Origin: a virus
Lineage: Duplodnaviria > Caudoviricetes
IMG/VR virus record: IMGVR_UViG_3300025530_000406
Coordinates: 1 to 50,676 of that record
Reading direction: 5' to 3' (one strand)
DNA length: 50,676 nt
Translations under genes and position numbers: made by a program
Shown here: piece by piece, positions 28,812 to 35,837 of the stretch
Layout of the letters: the number at the start of each line of letters is the position of its first letter
Position numbering within the stretch: position 1 is the first letter of the stretch
The notes under the pieces: generated by a model
What the model was told of the DNA's origin: nothing
Database searches by the model: none
What the model saw: the letters and a program-made list of their open reading frames with translations, nothing else

Positions 28812-28844
28812 GTCGCCCGCCATGAGCGAGGCGTGGATTAAAAC
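28812..28844 (+). CRISPR. Solitary type I-C-like CRISPR repeat (candidate Racr / crRNA mimic)
   Basis: GTCGCCCGCCATGAGCGAGGCGTGGATTAAAAC: 5' GTCGC, internal hairpin, 3' GCGTGGATT-AAA-N as in I-C repeats; no second repeat and no cas genes. Confidence 0.75.
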
Positions 28845-28860
28845 AACCTTGTTCCTAAAC

Positions 28861-28893
28861 GACATGGCCCCCGTAAGGGGGCTCTTGTCATTT
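28861..28893. terminator. Hairpin/terminator shared by the repeat RNA and the leftward cassette
   Basis: GCCCCC-GTAA-GGGGGC at 28867-28882, extendable by GACA/TGTC. Confidence 0.65.
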
Positions 28894-29569
28894 ATGCTGT
28901 AGTCTCGCCGGAAAGGATACGCTTTACCCGTTCTTCATGTCCTTCTAAGTTGAGAACATGAGGAAGTATAAGTCTATTGTATTCCTCCATAGTCACCGCT
29001 GTTATTGCGGGCCAGCTCGGAGGAAAGAGGTCTTTTCCTATGTCTTGCCACATGTTGTTAAACTCGAAATTTTCTCGACGCTTAAAGAACATGATGTCTA
29101 CGAAAGACAATTCCACAAAAGCGACCTGATATGTTCCGCCGTCCTTGACGGTGTAAACGGCGGACGTTAGTTGATTATGGTATTTGATGGCGCGAATGAG
29201 CTCTCCTGCCTGTTTGACTGAGCCGCGATTCTTGTCAAACTCTACCGTTGTGTAAAGGACGCCGTTATCAAAATAAACAGTTATAACAGTGTCCTCTACG
29301 TCTACGCGATCGATGGGCGCGACGAATGTTATGCGTCTTTCGGACTCATCGATCGTCATGCTAACTACATCCCAATCAGGGTCGCTCACTTCCTGCAAGA
29401 CCCACTCGTACCAGCTTTGCAATGCTCCATAATGACCAAGGACGAGTGCTTCTTTTACATATTTAGCGTCCGGGATGTTAGGTCCCGAAAATCCATCGAA
29501 GACTGCCAGCGCCCCGGTGTACACTTCATCAAAGGTTCCTTTTACAGAAGTTACTTTTTCGACTTTCAT
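28892..29569 (-). CDS. Hypothetical acidic protein (candidate anti-defence)
   Basis: 225-aa ORF with AAAGGAG RBS, downstream of the ribozyme; no recognisable family. Confidence 0.7.
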   Translation of the reverse strand: MKVEKVTSVKGTFDEVYTGALAVFDGFSGPNIPDAKYVKEALVLGHYGALQSWYEWVLQEVSDPDWDVVSMTIDESERRITFVAPIDRVDVEDTVITVYFDNGVLYTTVEFDKNRGSVKQAGELIRAIKYHNQLTSAVYTVKDGGTYQVAFVELSFVDIMFFKRRENFEFNNMWQDIGKDLFPPSWPAITAVTMEEYNRLILPHVLNLEGHEERVKRILSGETTA

Positions 29570-29635
29570 TTTTAATTTCTCCTTTCGCGCGGCCTCCCCG
29601 AAGGTGAGGTCTTATGCGGTTTTCAACTCGTGGCG

Positions 29636-29700
29636 GGTATCCCGCGACGCTCGGGTGGACGTTTCGGCCGGTTACCATCCGGCCATCATCAGGCGGGGGA
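29636..29700 (-). ncRNA. Type I hammerhead ribozyme
   Basis: Minus strand CCCGC-CUGAUGA-U-GGCCGG(AUGGUAA)CCGGCC-GAAACG...CGUC/GCGGG; all three stems pair; GUC cleavage site between 29646 and 29645. Confidence 0.85.
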
Positions 29701-29725
29701 GAGAGGGGCCGGAGCCCCTCCGCTC

Positions 29726-29890
29726 TCAGTACACAAGCTTAAAATCGTTGTAGTCGATGTCGTCGAAGCCGTGCTCTGCGATAAACGCTTGCTCGTCAAA
29801 TCCGATTACCTCCAACGCTTCATCCACCGTCAAGCTGCGGTTTGTGACCACCTCTCCGACCAGGATGTCCTCGTAGTAGATTTTTGCCAT
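29726..29890 (-). CDS. Small acidic protein, 54 aa (candidate Acr)
   Basis: MAKIYYEDILVGEVVTNRSLTVDEALEVIGFDEQAFIAEHGFDDIDYNDFKLVY; RBS AGGAGAGG; own promoter; not in the ORF track. Confidence 0.75.
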   Translation of the reverse strand: MAKIYYEDILVGEVVTNRSLTVDEALEVIGFDEQAFIAEHGFDDIDYNDFKLVY

Positions 29891-29942
29891 TTTCAACCTC
29901 TCCTTTGATTTAATTTTGTATGTCGTCCCCTGCTGTGATTTA

Positions 29943-29975
29943 ATAATAACATATAAATAATTATATGTAAATAGG
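29943..29975 (-). promoter_or_regulatory. Sigma-A promoter with palindromic operator (cassette C)
   Basis: TTTACA-17-TATTAT with TG extension; inverted repeat ACATATAA-ATAA-TTATATGT at 29949-29968. Confidence 0.7.
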
Positions 29976-29989
29976 GTAAGGCAAAAAAA

Positions 29990-30202
29990 TTAACGGACTC
30001 TTTTGTTTTTCGCGTACTCCTCCAGATCGGATCGGAGATAAAGGCGCGTTTTGCGCGCATCTCCGAATTCCACAAACGGGATGATTCGTCCCGTTTGGAC
30101 AGACTGGTTGAACCCGGAGACGGACTGGCCCGTGATCTTCCGGGCCTCGTCCTGCATAACCAGGTTTTCTTCGATCCATTTTTTAATCTCGTCTCTTTTC
30201 AC
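29990..30202 (-). CDS. Small HTH/excisionase-like DNA-binding protein (Aca-like position)
   Basis: LVMQDEARKITGQSVSGFNQSVQTGRIIP...LYLRSDLEEY; GTG start at 30202 after AGGAGGAG. Confidence 0.7.
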   Translation of the reverse strand: MKRDEIKKWIEENLVMQDEARKITGQSVSGFNQSVQTGRIIPFVEFGDARKTRLYLRSDLEEYAKNKRVR

Positions 30203-30869
30203 GTTTTTTCTCCTCCTCATACCGCTCCAGATAGGGAGCGTAACATTGTTCCTCAGCGCGTTTCCGCGCTTCGGCGGCCTGCTCAATCGTGGGGTATATA
30301 CCGAGATAAATACGTTTGCCGTTGACGGTGATGTTTGCGACGTATTTCACTCGCCCCTTTTTGTCCCGCTGAATTGATACCCCTTTGACTCCGGTCTTGT
30401 TGTTGATTTGGATTTTTTGCCGGAGCAGCGGGGCGAAAACGCCATCGATGGTGTGATGCTGCTCGTTGTGTTGTTTAAGAGACTTCGCAAAGTCTTTCAC
30501 GGCGCAGCCGCAGGATGTCGTATTACCGCTGACAAGATCGCGGGCTGGCACAGCTACGACATTGCCGCACTTACACTCACATACCCAAACAACGATCCCA
30601 TTCCGCAGGCCGTCTTGATGCCTCGCAGTCAGCCGGCCAAAGGTCTGATCGGTCAAGTCAGCTGCCTGTCTACCAAGTTCAAGCTTTTCTCGCGCCAGGC
30701 ACCCGCAGGATCGGGTGTGTCCAGATAGGAGGGCGTATATGTCAAACTCTCGCACCGTGCCACACTCGCAGCGACAAAGCGCGTATCGCTTGCCCTTCCG
30801 CGTTTCGGTCTCACGGATGACGACCAGGCGATCAAACCTCTGATCGGGATGGACTTGTTTACGTGCCAT
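30183..30869 (-). CDS. AP2-domain protein with two CxCxCG/SCGC repeats (homing-endonuclease related)
   Basis: FDRLVV...CRCECG...SCGC twice; C-terminal NKTGVKGV...YLGIY...AAEARKRAE AP2 domain; no HNH motif seen. Confidence 0.75.
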   Translation of the reverse strand: MARKQVHPDQRFDRLVVIRETETRKGKRYALCRCECGTVREFDIYALLSGHTRSCGCLAREKLELGRQAADLTDQTFGRLTARHQDGLRNGIVVWVCECKCGNVVAVPARDLVSGNTTSCGCAVKDFAKSLKQHNEQHHTIDGVFAPLLRQKIQINNKTGVKGVSIQRDKKGRVKYVANITVNGKRIYLGIYPTIEQAAEARKRAEEQCYAPYLERYEEEKKREKRRD

Positions 30870-31231
30870 TACACCACGTCCTTCGCGTCGATCCGGCGAT
30901 AGTCGCCACTAGCGACCCGGATAAAGTAACGATTGCCGTTTTCGCAAACCTCGTATACACCTTCGGCCAGTTCCCACGTCGTTTCGCCCCAGGCGATCGG
31001 ATTGATGAACTTGCGCTCGAACTTGTAAACCGGATGCGTGCCGACGATTGCGGCGACCCACGTTTTGGATTTGCGGTTCGGCTGGCGCAGCTCAATCGTT
31101 ACGCGTTTTGGACGACGGGACTCTGCCCATGCCATGCGCAGTGCGTCGGCGATGTATTCCGATGCCTTGCCACCGTGAATGCTGGCTGCCGCCTTAGCGA
31201 TTTCCCATGCCCGCGTCATAACGTTTTTCAT
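30869..31231 (-). CDS. Hypothetical protein (MTRAWEIAK N-terminal module)
   Basis: First gene after promoter B; good RBS. Confidence 0.7.
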   Translation of the reverse strand: MKNVMTRAWEIAKAAASIHGGKASEYIADALRMAWAESRRPKRVTIELRQPNRKSKTWVAAIVGTHPVYKFERKFINPIAWGETTWELAEGVYEVCENGNRYFIRVASGDYRRIDAKDVV

Positions 31232-31271
31232 CTCGATCCGCTCCTTTGTTCATCTTGTTCCTTATGTCTAT

Positions 31272-31304
31272 ATAATAGCATGCAAATAATAATATGTAAA
31301 TAGG
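31272..31304 (-). promoter_or_regulatory. Sigma-A promoter (cassette B)
   Basis: TTTACA-17-TATTAT with TG extension; 20/21 nt identical to 29955-29975. Confidence 0.7.
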
Positions 31305-31345
31305 TCGGAACAAAATTTTCATAGGAGAACAGAAGAGCAGGAGGG

Positions 31346-31657
31346 TTAATCTCGCTGCTCTTTGTCAGCATTGAGCAAATGTTTGATCGTCCCTATGTGC
31401 CAGTATCCCCGGCCGCCCTCGTCGCACCCATCAAATGGAGGCAATGTGCCTCGCTTAACCCTATCTTGGATCGCGCCTCGAGTTATGCCTAGCTGCCGAG
31501 CAAGATCGGCCTGATAGATGCGTTTGCGGATGTCGCCAGGTCCGTAGGCGTTACCGTCTGGATCAACCAGTACCGGTTGCCCGTGCGAGCTAGCGGCGTG
31601 ATCGGTTGTAATGCGCCATCCCTCCCAAATGCCGGTTCCTGTCCAAATTTCGCTCAC
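31346..31657 (-). CDS. Protein with C-terminal HTH (Aca-like position)
   Basis: IYQADLARQLGITRGAIQDRVKRGTLP; GTG start. Confidence 0.7.
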   Translation of the reverse strand: MSEIWTGTGIWEGWRITTDHAASSHGQPVLVDPDGNAYGPGDIRKRIYQADLARQLGITRGAIQDRVKRGTLPPFDGCDEGGRGYWHIGTIKHLLNADKEQRD

Positions 31658-31705
31658 TCCTCATTCCTCCATTTCCAGAAAAGGGGAGGTCAACCTCCCC
31701 AATGA

Positions 31706-32131
31706 TTAGAAAATTTTAGCGATAACCACGGCGTCCTTAATGACGATCTCGTTTTCATCGGGGTCATCGTGGCGGCCTTCGCGGTGGCCGGCGATCACGT
31801 AGCAGTGGTCGGCCAAAAAGAAACTCCGGCAATCTTTTTCAAGGTTGATGCCGTATAAGCTGTACATTCCGGGATGGTACTGTTTACCGTAGATGCTCGG
31901 GTCCATGTTCCAAGCGCTCGTGCCGTCGAGGATTTCCATTTCCTCGTATTCAGGCGTACCATAGGCCGGGAAGTCACGTTCGTCCTCGCGGTCGGCGTTG
32001 TGACGACTGTTCTCGCAAACTTCGCCGATTTCCCGGTCTTTGTTTTCGAAGCGAAGACCGATGTAGTAATATTCATCCTTATGTTTTTCGTAGATCGCTT
32101 TTACCAGCTCGTACATTTGAACGATGTTCAT
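31706..32131 (-). CDS. Acidic hypothetical protein (candidate anti-defence)
   Basis: 141 aa; GGAGG RBS; first gene of cassette A. Confidence 0.75.
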   Translation of the reverse strand: MNIVQMYELVKAIYEKHKDEYYYIGLRFENKDREIGEVCENSRHNADREDERDFPAYGTPEYEEMEILDGTSAWNMDPSIYGKQYHPGMYSLYGINLEKDCRSFFLADHCYVIAGHREGRHDDPDENEIVIKDAVVIAKIF

Positions 32132-32164
32132 TTCGTCCGCCTCCGTTCCTTGGGCTCTGATATA

Positions 32165-32195
32165 AATATATCACAAACCTATACTTATGTATAGG
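32165..32195 (-). promoter_or_regulatory. Sigma-A promoter with palindromic operator (cassette A)
   Basis: TATACA-17-TATATT; CCTATAC-TTAT-GTATAGG at 32178-32195 overlaps the -35. Confidence 0.65.
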
Positions 32196-32212
32196 GGAAC
32201 AAAATACGAACA

Positions 32213-32256
32213 TTGACAAAATATTTCCTTGCCCCTAAAATGAGAACAAACGTTCT
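32213..32256 (+). promoter_or_regulatory. Sigma-A promoter with LexA/DinR SOS box
   Basis: TTGACA-17-TAAAAT; AGAACAAACGTTCT at 32243-32256. Confidence 0.8.
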
Positions 32257-32274
32257 TATTCGGAGGCGATTCAG

Positions 32275-32478
32275 GTGTCTATTGAAAAGTACATTGGTCG
32301 TCGCGTCGAAGTTATCTACGAGGATAGCAAAGGGCGGATTACAAAACGGGTGATTACGGTTTACTCGATAAGAGATGGCCGGGCCCGCGTGCTGGATTGG
32401 GGCAAAAGATCGTACCGGACGCTCAGCATCAGCCGAATCCTGGCTGTGGTGCCGGTGGTCGGGAGACATGCATCATGA
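32275..32478 (+). CDS. Small WYL/YolD-like SH3-fold protein
   Basis: VEVIYEDSKGRITKRVI...RTLSISRIL pattern. Confidence 0.6.
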   Translation: MSIEKYIGRRVEVIYEDSKGRITKRVITVYSIRDGRARVLDWGKRSYRTLSISRILAVVPVVGRHAS

Positions 32479-32894
32479 ATGTTGAGTTGCGCGGCAAAGC
32501 GACGCCGGACGAATTGGAGATCATTCGGAGCGTGCTCGTACTGCAAAATATGGTCATCATGCTCGATAAGCAATACTCAGACATGCAATACTCGCTACAC
32601 GTGTTAAAGCCGCTATATCTCCAGGTAACGGAGGCGCTGATCGTGGCCGTCAATCGAGATTTGGCGGACTTGCGCCGGGAACTGCGGCGGCGGAAGATCA
32701 AAATAATAGACGACGAGCAAAACGACTTTGTGCTTTATGTCAATTATATCTGCCGCGGATATGAGGAGCGGATCGGGTTTACGAGAGAGGTCGTAAAGAC
32801 TCAAATCCGGCTCCAACTGACGCAGTACATCCAAAAGATTTTGAGTCCAATCAACCCTCACAAAGCACCTGCGCAGGAAGCGAATTTGTTGTAA
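32475..32894 (+). CDS. Hypothetical SOS-regulated protein (YhjD-like)
   Basis: Overlaps the upstream stop; YICRGYE motif; family assignment tentative. Confidence 0.55.
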   Translation: MNVELRGKATPDELEIIRSVLVLQNMVIMLDKQYSDMQYSLHVLKPLYLQVTEALIVAVNRDLADLRRELRRRKIKIIDDEQNDFVLYVNYICRGYEERIGFTREVVKTQIRLQLTQYIQKILSPINPHKAPAQEANLL

Positions 32895-32929
32895 AGTAAA
32901 ATACAGGAAAAGCTCATGGGGGTGCTGAT

Positions 32930-33478
32930 TTGATGAGGCGTTTTGCACAGATCAGTGTTTTTGGGGTACTGCTCATATCGATCATTTCGGGATGCAACGG
33001 CGGAAAAGCTGACGGTCTCGGGAAAGACGACTTGTGCGTTGTCAAGGTCGCGGACAAAAATATAAAAGTCTGCTACGGAGACACCCGGGAAACCGCCGAA
33101 AAAGTGCTCGGAAGCGGCACTAAACAGCAATTTGGTACCGAATACGACAACGGCATAACCATCATGTACCGAGGGGATGTCGTCGCCGGGATCACGATGG
33201 ATGAGGATGCGAAGGGCTCATTTCGGACATCTCGCGGCGCTGAGATCGGCATGACGAAAGATGCTGTGATGGAGCTTTACGGGAAAAAGGGAATTGAGAA
33301 CTCCGGAAACACCCTTGATTACAACTACGATACCGGAGCCAAGCGTTTTCTGGACGTGGAATCGTTGAGCAATTACAAAGTAGACGAATCCGTTTATGTC
33401 GTGTCAATCACTTATGGAGACGACGGCGTGGAAAGAATCATGCTGCTGGATCGGAAAATGGCGATTACCTTGTCTTAA
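32930..33478 (+). CDS. Lipoprotein (possible superinfection exclusion)
   Basis: Signal peptide with lipobox ISGC; RTSRGAEIGMT motif; next to the repressor. Confidence 0.7.
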   Translation: MMRRFAQISVFGVLLISIISGCNGGKADGLGKDDLCVVKVADKNIKVCYGDTRETAEKVLGSGTKQQFGTEYDNGITIMYRGDVVAGITMDEDAKGSFRTSRGAEIGMTKDAVMELYGKKGIENSGNTLDYNYDTGAKRFLDVESLSNYKVDESVYVVSITYGDDGVERIMLLDRKMAITLS

Positions 33479-33514
33479 GTCCCGCCCGGCAAGCTACAGG
33501 CGAGACAGCAAAAG

Positions 33515-33540
33515 AAAAAAAGCAGGAGAAGCACTCCTGC
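33515..33540 (-). terminator. Terminator for the repressor transcript
   Basis: GCAGGAG-AAGCA-CTCCTGC preceded by an A-run on the plus strand. Confidence 0.55.
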
Positions 33541-33646
33541 GAGGGCGTGGTACATATCAAAACAATCGACTTACAGGACTATCTGAACCTACTGGATGCA
33601 AAAGGGATCGACACGGCCAATGCGAGGGCCTACTTAGAAAATATCA

Positions 33647-34090
33647 TCACTTATCAAGCATCTCCGCAGCCGCCTGCAGTATCTTCACAAGTTGCGTTTT
33701 CTGTTCGTCCGTTAGGGCATGACCCTTGTACGTAAGTTTGTGATTGGCCAATTCCTCAATAGGTATTTCTGAAAGCCCCTTCTCGTCATACGAGGATGGG
33801 CTTTCTTTTATTTTTGGCGTCCCATCATCCAACCGCATCGGCTCCAGCAATTCATCTTCGTCCCAATACCCGCAAACGACCATTAATTCGACCAACGACG
33901 TTGTATGCAAATATTTAGCCAGAGTCTTAATCGTGTCTGCCTCTGGCTTCTGAATACCGGCCTCAATCCGCGAAATGGTTGCCGACGAAATTCCAGATTT
34001 ATCTGCAAGTCTGCGCTGACTCTTAAATCCACTCGCAATTCGGTGATACTCGATAAACTTGCCGAAATCCATCTTTGACATTTTCGACAT
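33647..34090 (-). CDS. Prophage repressor (XRE HTH)
   Basis: SQRRLADKSGISSATISRIEAG...P; divergent from a Cro-like gene. Confidence 0.88.
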   Translation of the reverse strand: MSKMSKMDFGKFIEYHRIASGFKSQRRLADKSGISSATISRIEAGIQKPEADTIKTLAKYLHTTSLVELMVVCGYWDEDELLEPMRLDDGTPKIKESPSSYDEKGLSEIPIEELANHKLTYKGHALTDEQKTQLVKILQAAAEMLDK

Positions 34091-34136
34091 TCCTTCCCGA
34101 TAGATTGAATTATGTTTGAATTATAACAATAAGCAT

Positions 34137-34218
34137 TACGTCGACGCAATTTTTTGGTTCCATGTTATTGCGAATATGTATCGACGTGTTGTATATTGGT
34201 GATGCGAAGACGTATCAC
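34137..34218. promoter_or_regulatory. Operator array of the genetic switch (TRCG-N4-CGTA)
   Basis: TACGTCGACGCA 34137-34148, TGCGAATATGTA 34169-34180, TGCGAAGACGTA 34203-34214; promoter TTGCGA...TATATT. Confidence 0.7.
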
Positions 34219-34240
34219 TTTTTCGAAAGGAGGGATAAGC

Positions 34241-34498
34241 ATGAAATACACGGTCAGGCTCAAAACTGACGCACTATTGCAGGCAGCAGACGAAAAAAAT
34301 TTTACGGATACCGAGTTGGCCGCTGCCATCGGCGTTTCTACAACGCAGTTGTGGCGCGCGAAGCTGCCTGTTTCTCATCCGTATTACAATGCCCCAGGAT
34401 CTACATTTATCGCTGGTGTGCTGGCCGTGTTCGGCGGCCCATTTGACCGGTTCTTTTTTATACAGGAAGTGATACGAGGACGTAGCAAAACAGGGTAG
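34241..34498 (+). CDS. Cro-like HTH regulator
   Basis: DTELAAAIGVSTTQLWR...PG..FIAG; GGAGG RBS. Confidence 0.8.
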   Translation: MKYTVRLKTDALLQAADEKNFTDTELAAAIGVSTTQLWRAKLPVSHPYYNAPGSTFIAGVLAVFGGPFDRFFFIQEVIRGRSKTG

Positions 34499-34508
34499 AG
34501 AGAGGTGA

Positions 34509-34715
34509 ATGCCGATGTCCACAAAAAGGCTGGTTGAAGTTTGTTTGTACTTTCTTCAACTGGAAGAACGCATGATTTTCGAAAATCGCCGCAACATCGC
34601 CCGGTTCGCTCGGCGCAGATACGAGTGGTATCACGCTCGGCTTAAGGAGGTAAGACAGAAAAATGCTGGGAACGAAGCTCATCGTCAGCGGGCCTATCGC
34701 CCGGCTCGAGTCTGA
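34509..34715 (+). CDS. Hypothetical protein
   Basis: GAGGTG RBS; early operon. Confidence 0.5.
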   Translation: MPMSTKRLVEVCLYFLQLEERMIFENRRNIARFARRRYEWYHARLKEVRQKNAGNEAHRQRAYRPARV

Positions 34716-34913
34716 CCGGATCGTCGTCCAGCGCGGGGACGTGACGGAAATATACAGCCGGGACTATTACCGTTTGCTGCCGGAGGTGGACGATGGACCG
34801 ATTCAGAGAGCCGCCGTACAGGCGAGAGCAACCGATGATTGATGACCTTGACGCCTACAAACAACTCCGGGACATGGAGTTGGAGCAAAAATACGAGAAA
34901 GCGAGGGATAAGC

Positions 34914-35192
34914 ATGGACCTGAAAACGCTGGAGTACCTGGAAAGCAGGGCAAAACAGGGGCGGAAGATCGCGGATCGGATCGATGAGTTGAGGGGAAAG
35001 AAAGAAAAGTTACTAATCATTAGAAAAGTGGCTTTTCTGGACAACTACAACGATCGTATTTTCAACCTCGATCCGTCCTACCAGGGCGAAAATGACCACC
35101 ACAAACGCATCATTGATGAAATTAAAGCTGCTCTCAAAAACGCAATCGAAAACGAAATTGCCCGTCTGGAGCAGGAATTGGCGGAATTGTGA
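34914..35192 (+). CDS. Hypothetical protein
   Basis: RBS GAGGG before ATG 34914; coiled coil ending LEQELAEL. Confidence 0.6.
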   Translation: MDLKTLEYLESRAKQGRKIADRIDELRGKKEKLLIIRKVAFLDNYNDRIFNLDPSYQGENDHHKRIIDEIKAALKNAIENEIARLEQELAEL

Positions 35193-35201
35193 GGCGGCGG
35201 A

Positions 35202-35324
35202 ATGGGCGAGATCGCAGAAATGATGCTTGATGGAACGCTTTGTGAACGCTGCGGCAGTTACATTGAAGAAGGGGAGCCGGAAGGGTTTCCCAGACTTTGC
35301 GAGGATTGCGAAAAAGAAAAATGA
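35202..35324 (+). CDS. 40-aa zinc-finger peptide
   Basis: MGEIAEMMLDGTLCERCG...GFPRLCEDC; not in the ORF track. Confidence 0.65.
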   Translation: MGEIAEMMLDGTLCERCGSYIEEGEPEGFPRLCEDCEKEK

Positions 35325-35396
35325 CCGCCCAAGAGAGCGGCCAAAACAAATCTGGCAGCCCCATTATACCACGAAGGGGCATAGGAGGAAAAAATC

Positions 35397-35837
35397 ATGT
35401 TGGAAAAATTGCTGGACCTGCTTGGTAAACAGCAGGAAAGGAAACTCGTTGGCGTTGTGACAGGCGAACTGCTTGATGAGTGGAAGAAGCACCAATGCGA
35501 AGCGGTACTCGCCAATTTCGATCACGAAGCGAAAAAGAGTACGTTCGCCCTTGAATTCCTGCGCCGGCATATCGTAGATGGGAAATTGACGATTAGAGCC
35601 AAAGATTTCAATTCAAGGTTGAGCCATGCTTTTGAAAAAGAAAACGCGGACTACATTCATGCGCGGGAATGTCAACAAGCAGAACTAAAGCGTAAGCGCA
35701 AGGAACTTTGGGATCAGACGTATATCCAACTCGGCATTGCATCCGATGATGAACACGACATCAATGTCGCCACTGGTGAAGTTTTTGAAATCGGTTCTGG
35801 GAGTGGGAAGCAGCATGAAACGCATTCGCTTCATTGA
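35397..35837 (+). CDS. Hypothetical protein
   Basis: AGGAGG RBS; 146 aa. Confidence 0.6.
   Translation: MLEKLLDLLGKQQERKLVGVVTGELLDEWKKHQCEAVLANFDHEAKKSTFALEFLRRHIVDGKLTIRAKDFNSRLSHAFEKENADYIHARECQQAELKRKRKELWDQTYIQLGIASDDEHDINVATGEVFEIGSGSGKQHETHSLH

Noticed and set aside
28812-28893. A true CRISPR array
   Set aside because: Only one repeat; the downstream hairpin is not a second repeat copy; no cas genes in the window.
29892-29905. Self-target of the pseudo-spacer (TTC-AACCT at the RBS of the 54-aa gene; CTTGTTCCT at 31254-31262)
   Set aside because: Only 5 nt match after a TTC PAM, or 9 nt without a correct PAM and register; TTCAACCT also occurs at 16191 and 35061, so this is compatible with chance.
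33547-33735. 62-aa plus-strand ORF overlapping the repressor 3' end
   Set aside because: Antisense overlap, weak RBS, no recognisable motif.
34793-34987. 64-aa ORF in the early operon
   Set aside because: Has an RBS but overlaps the next gene by about 70 nt and has no motif; uncertain, so not listed as a feature.
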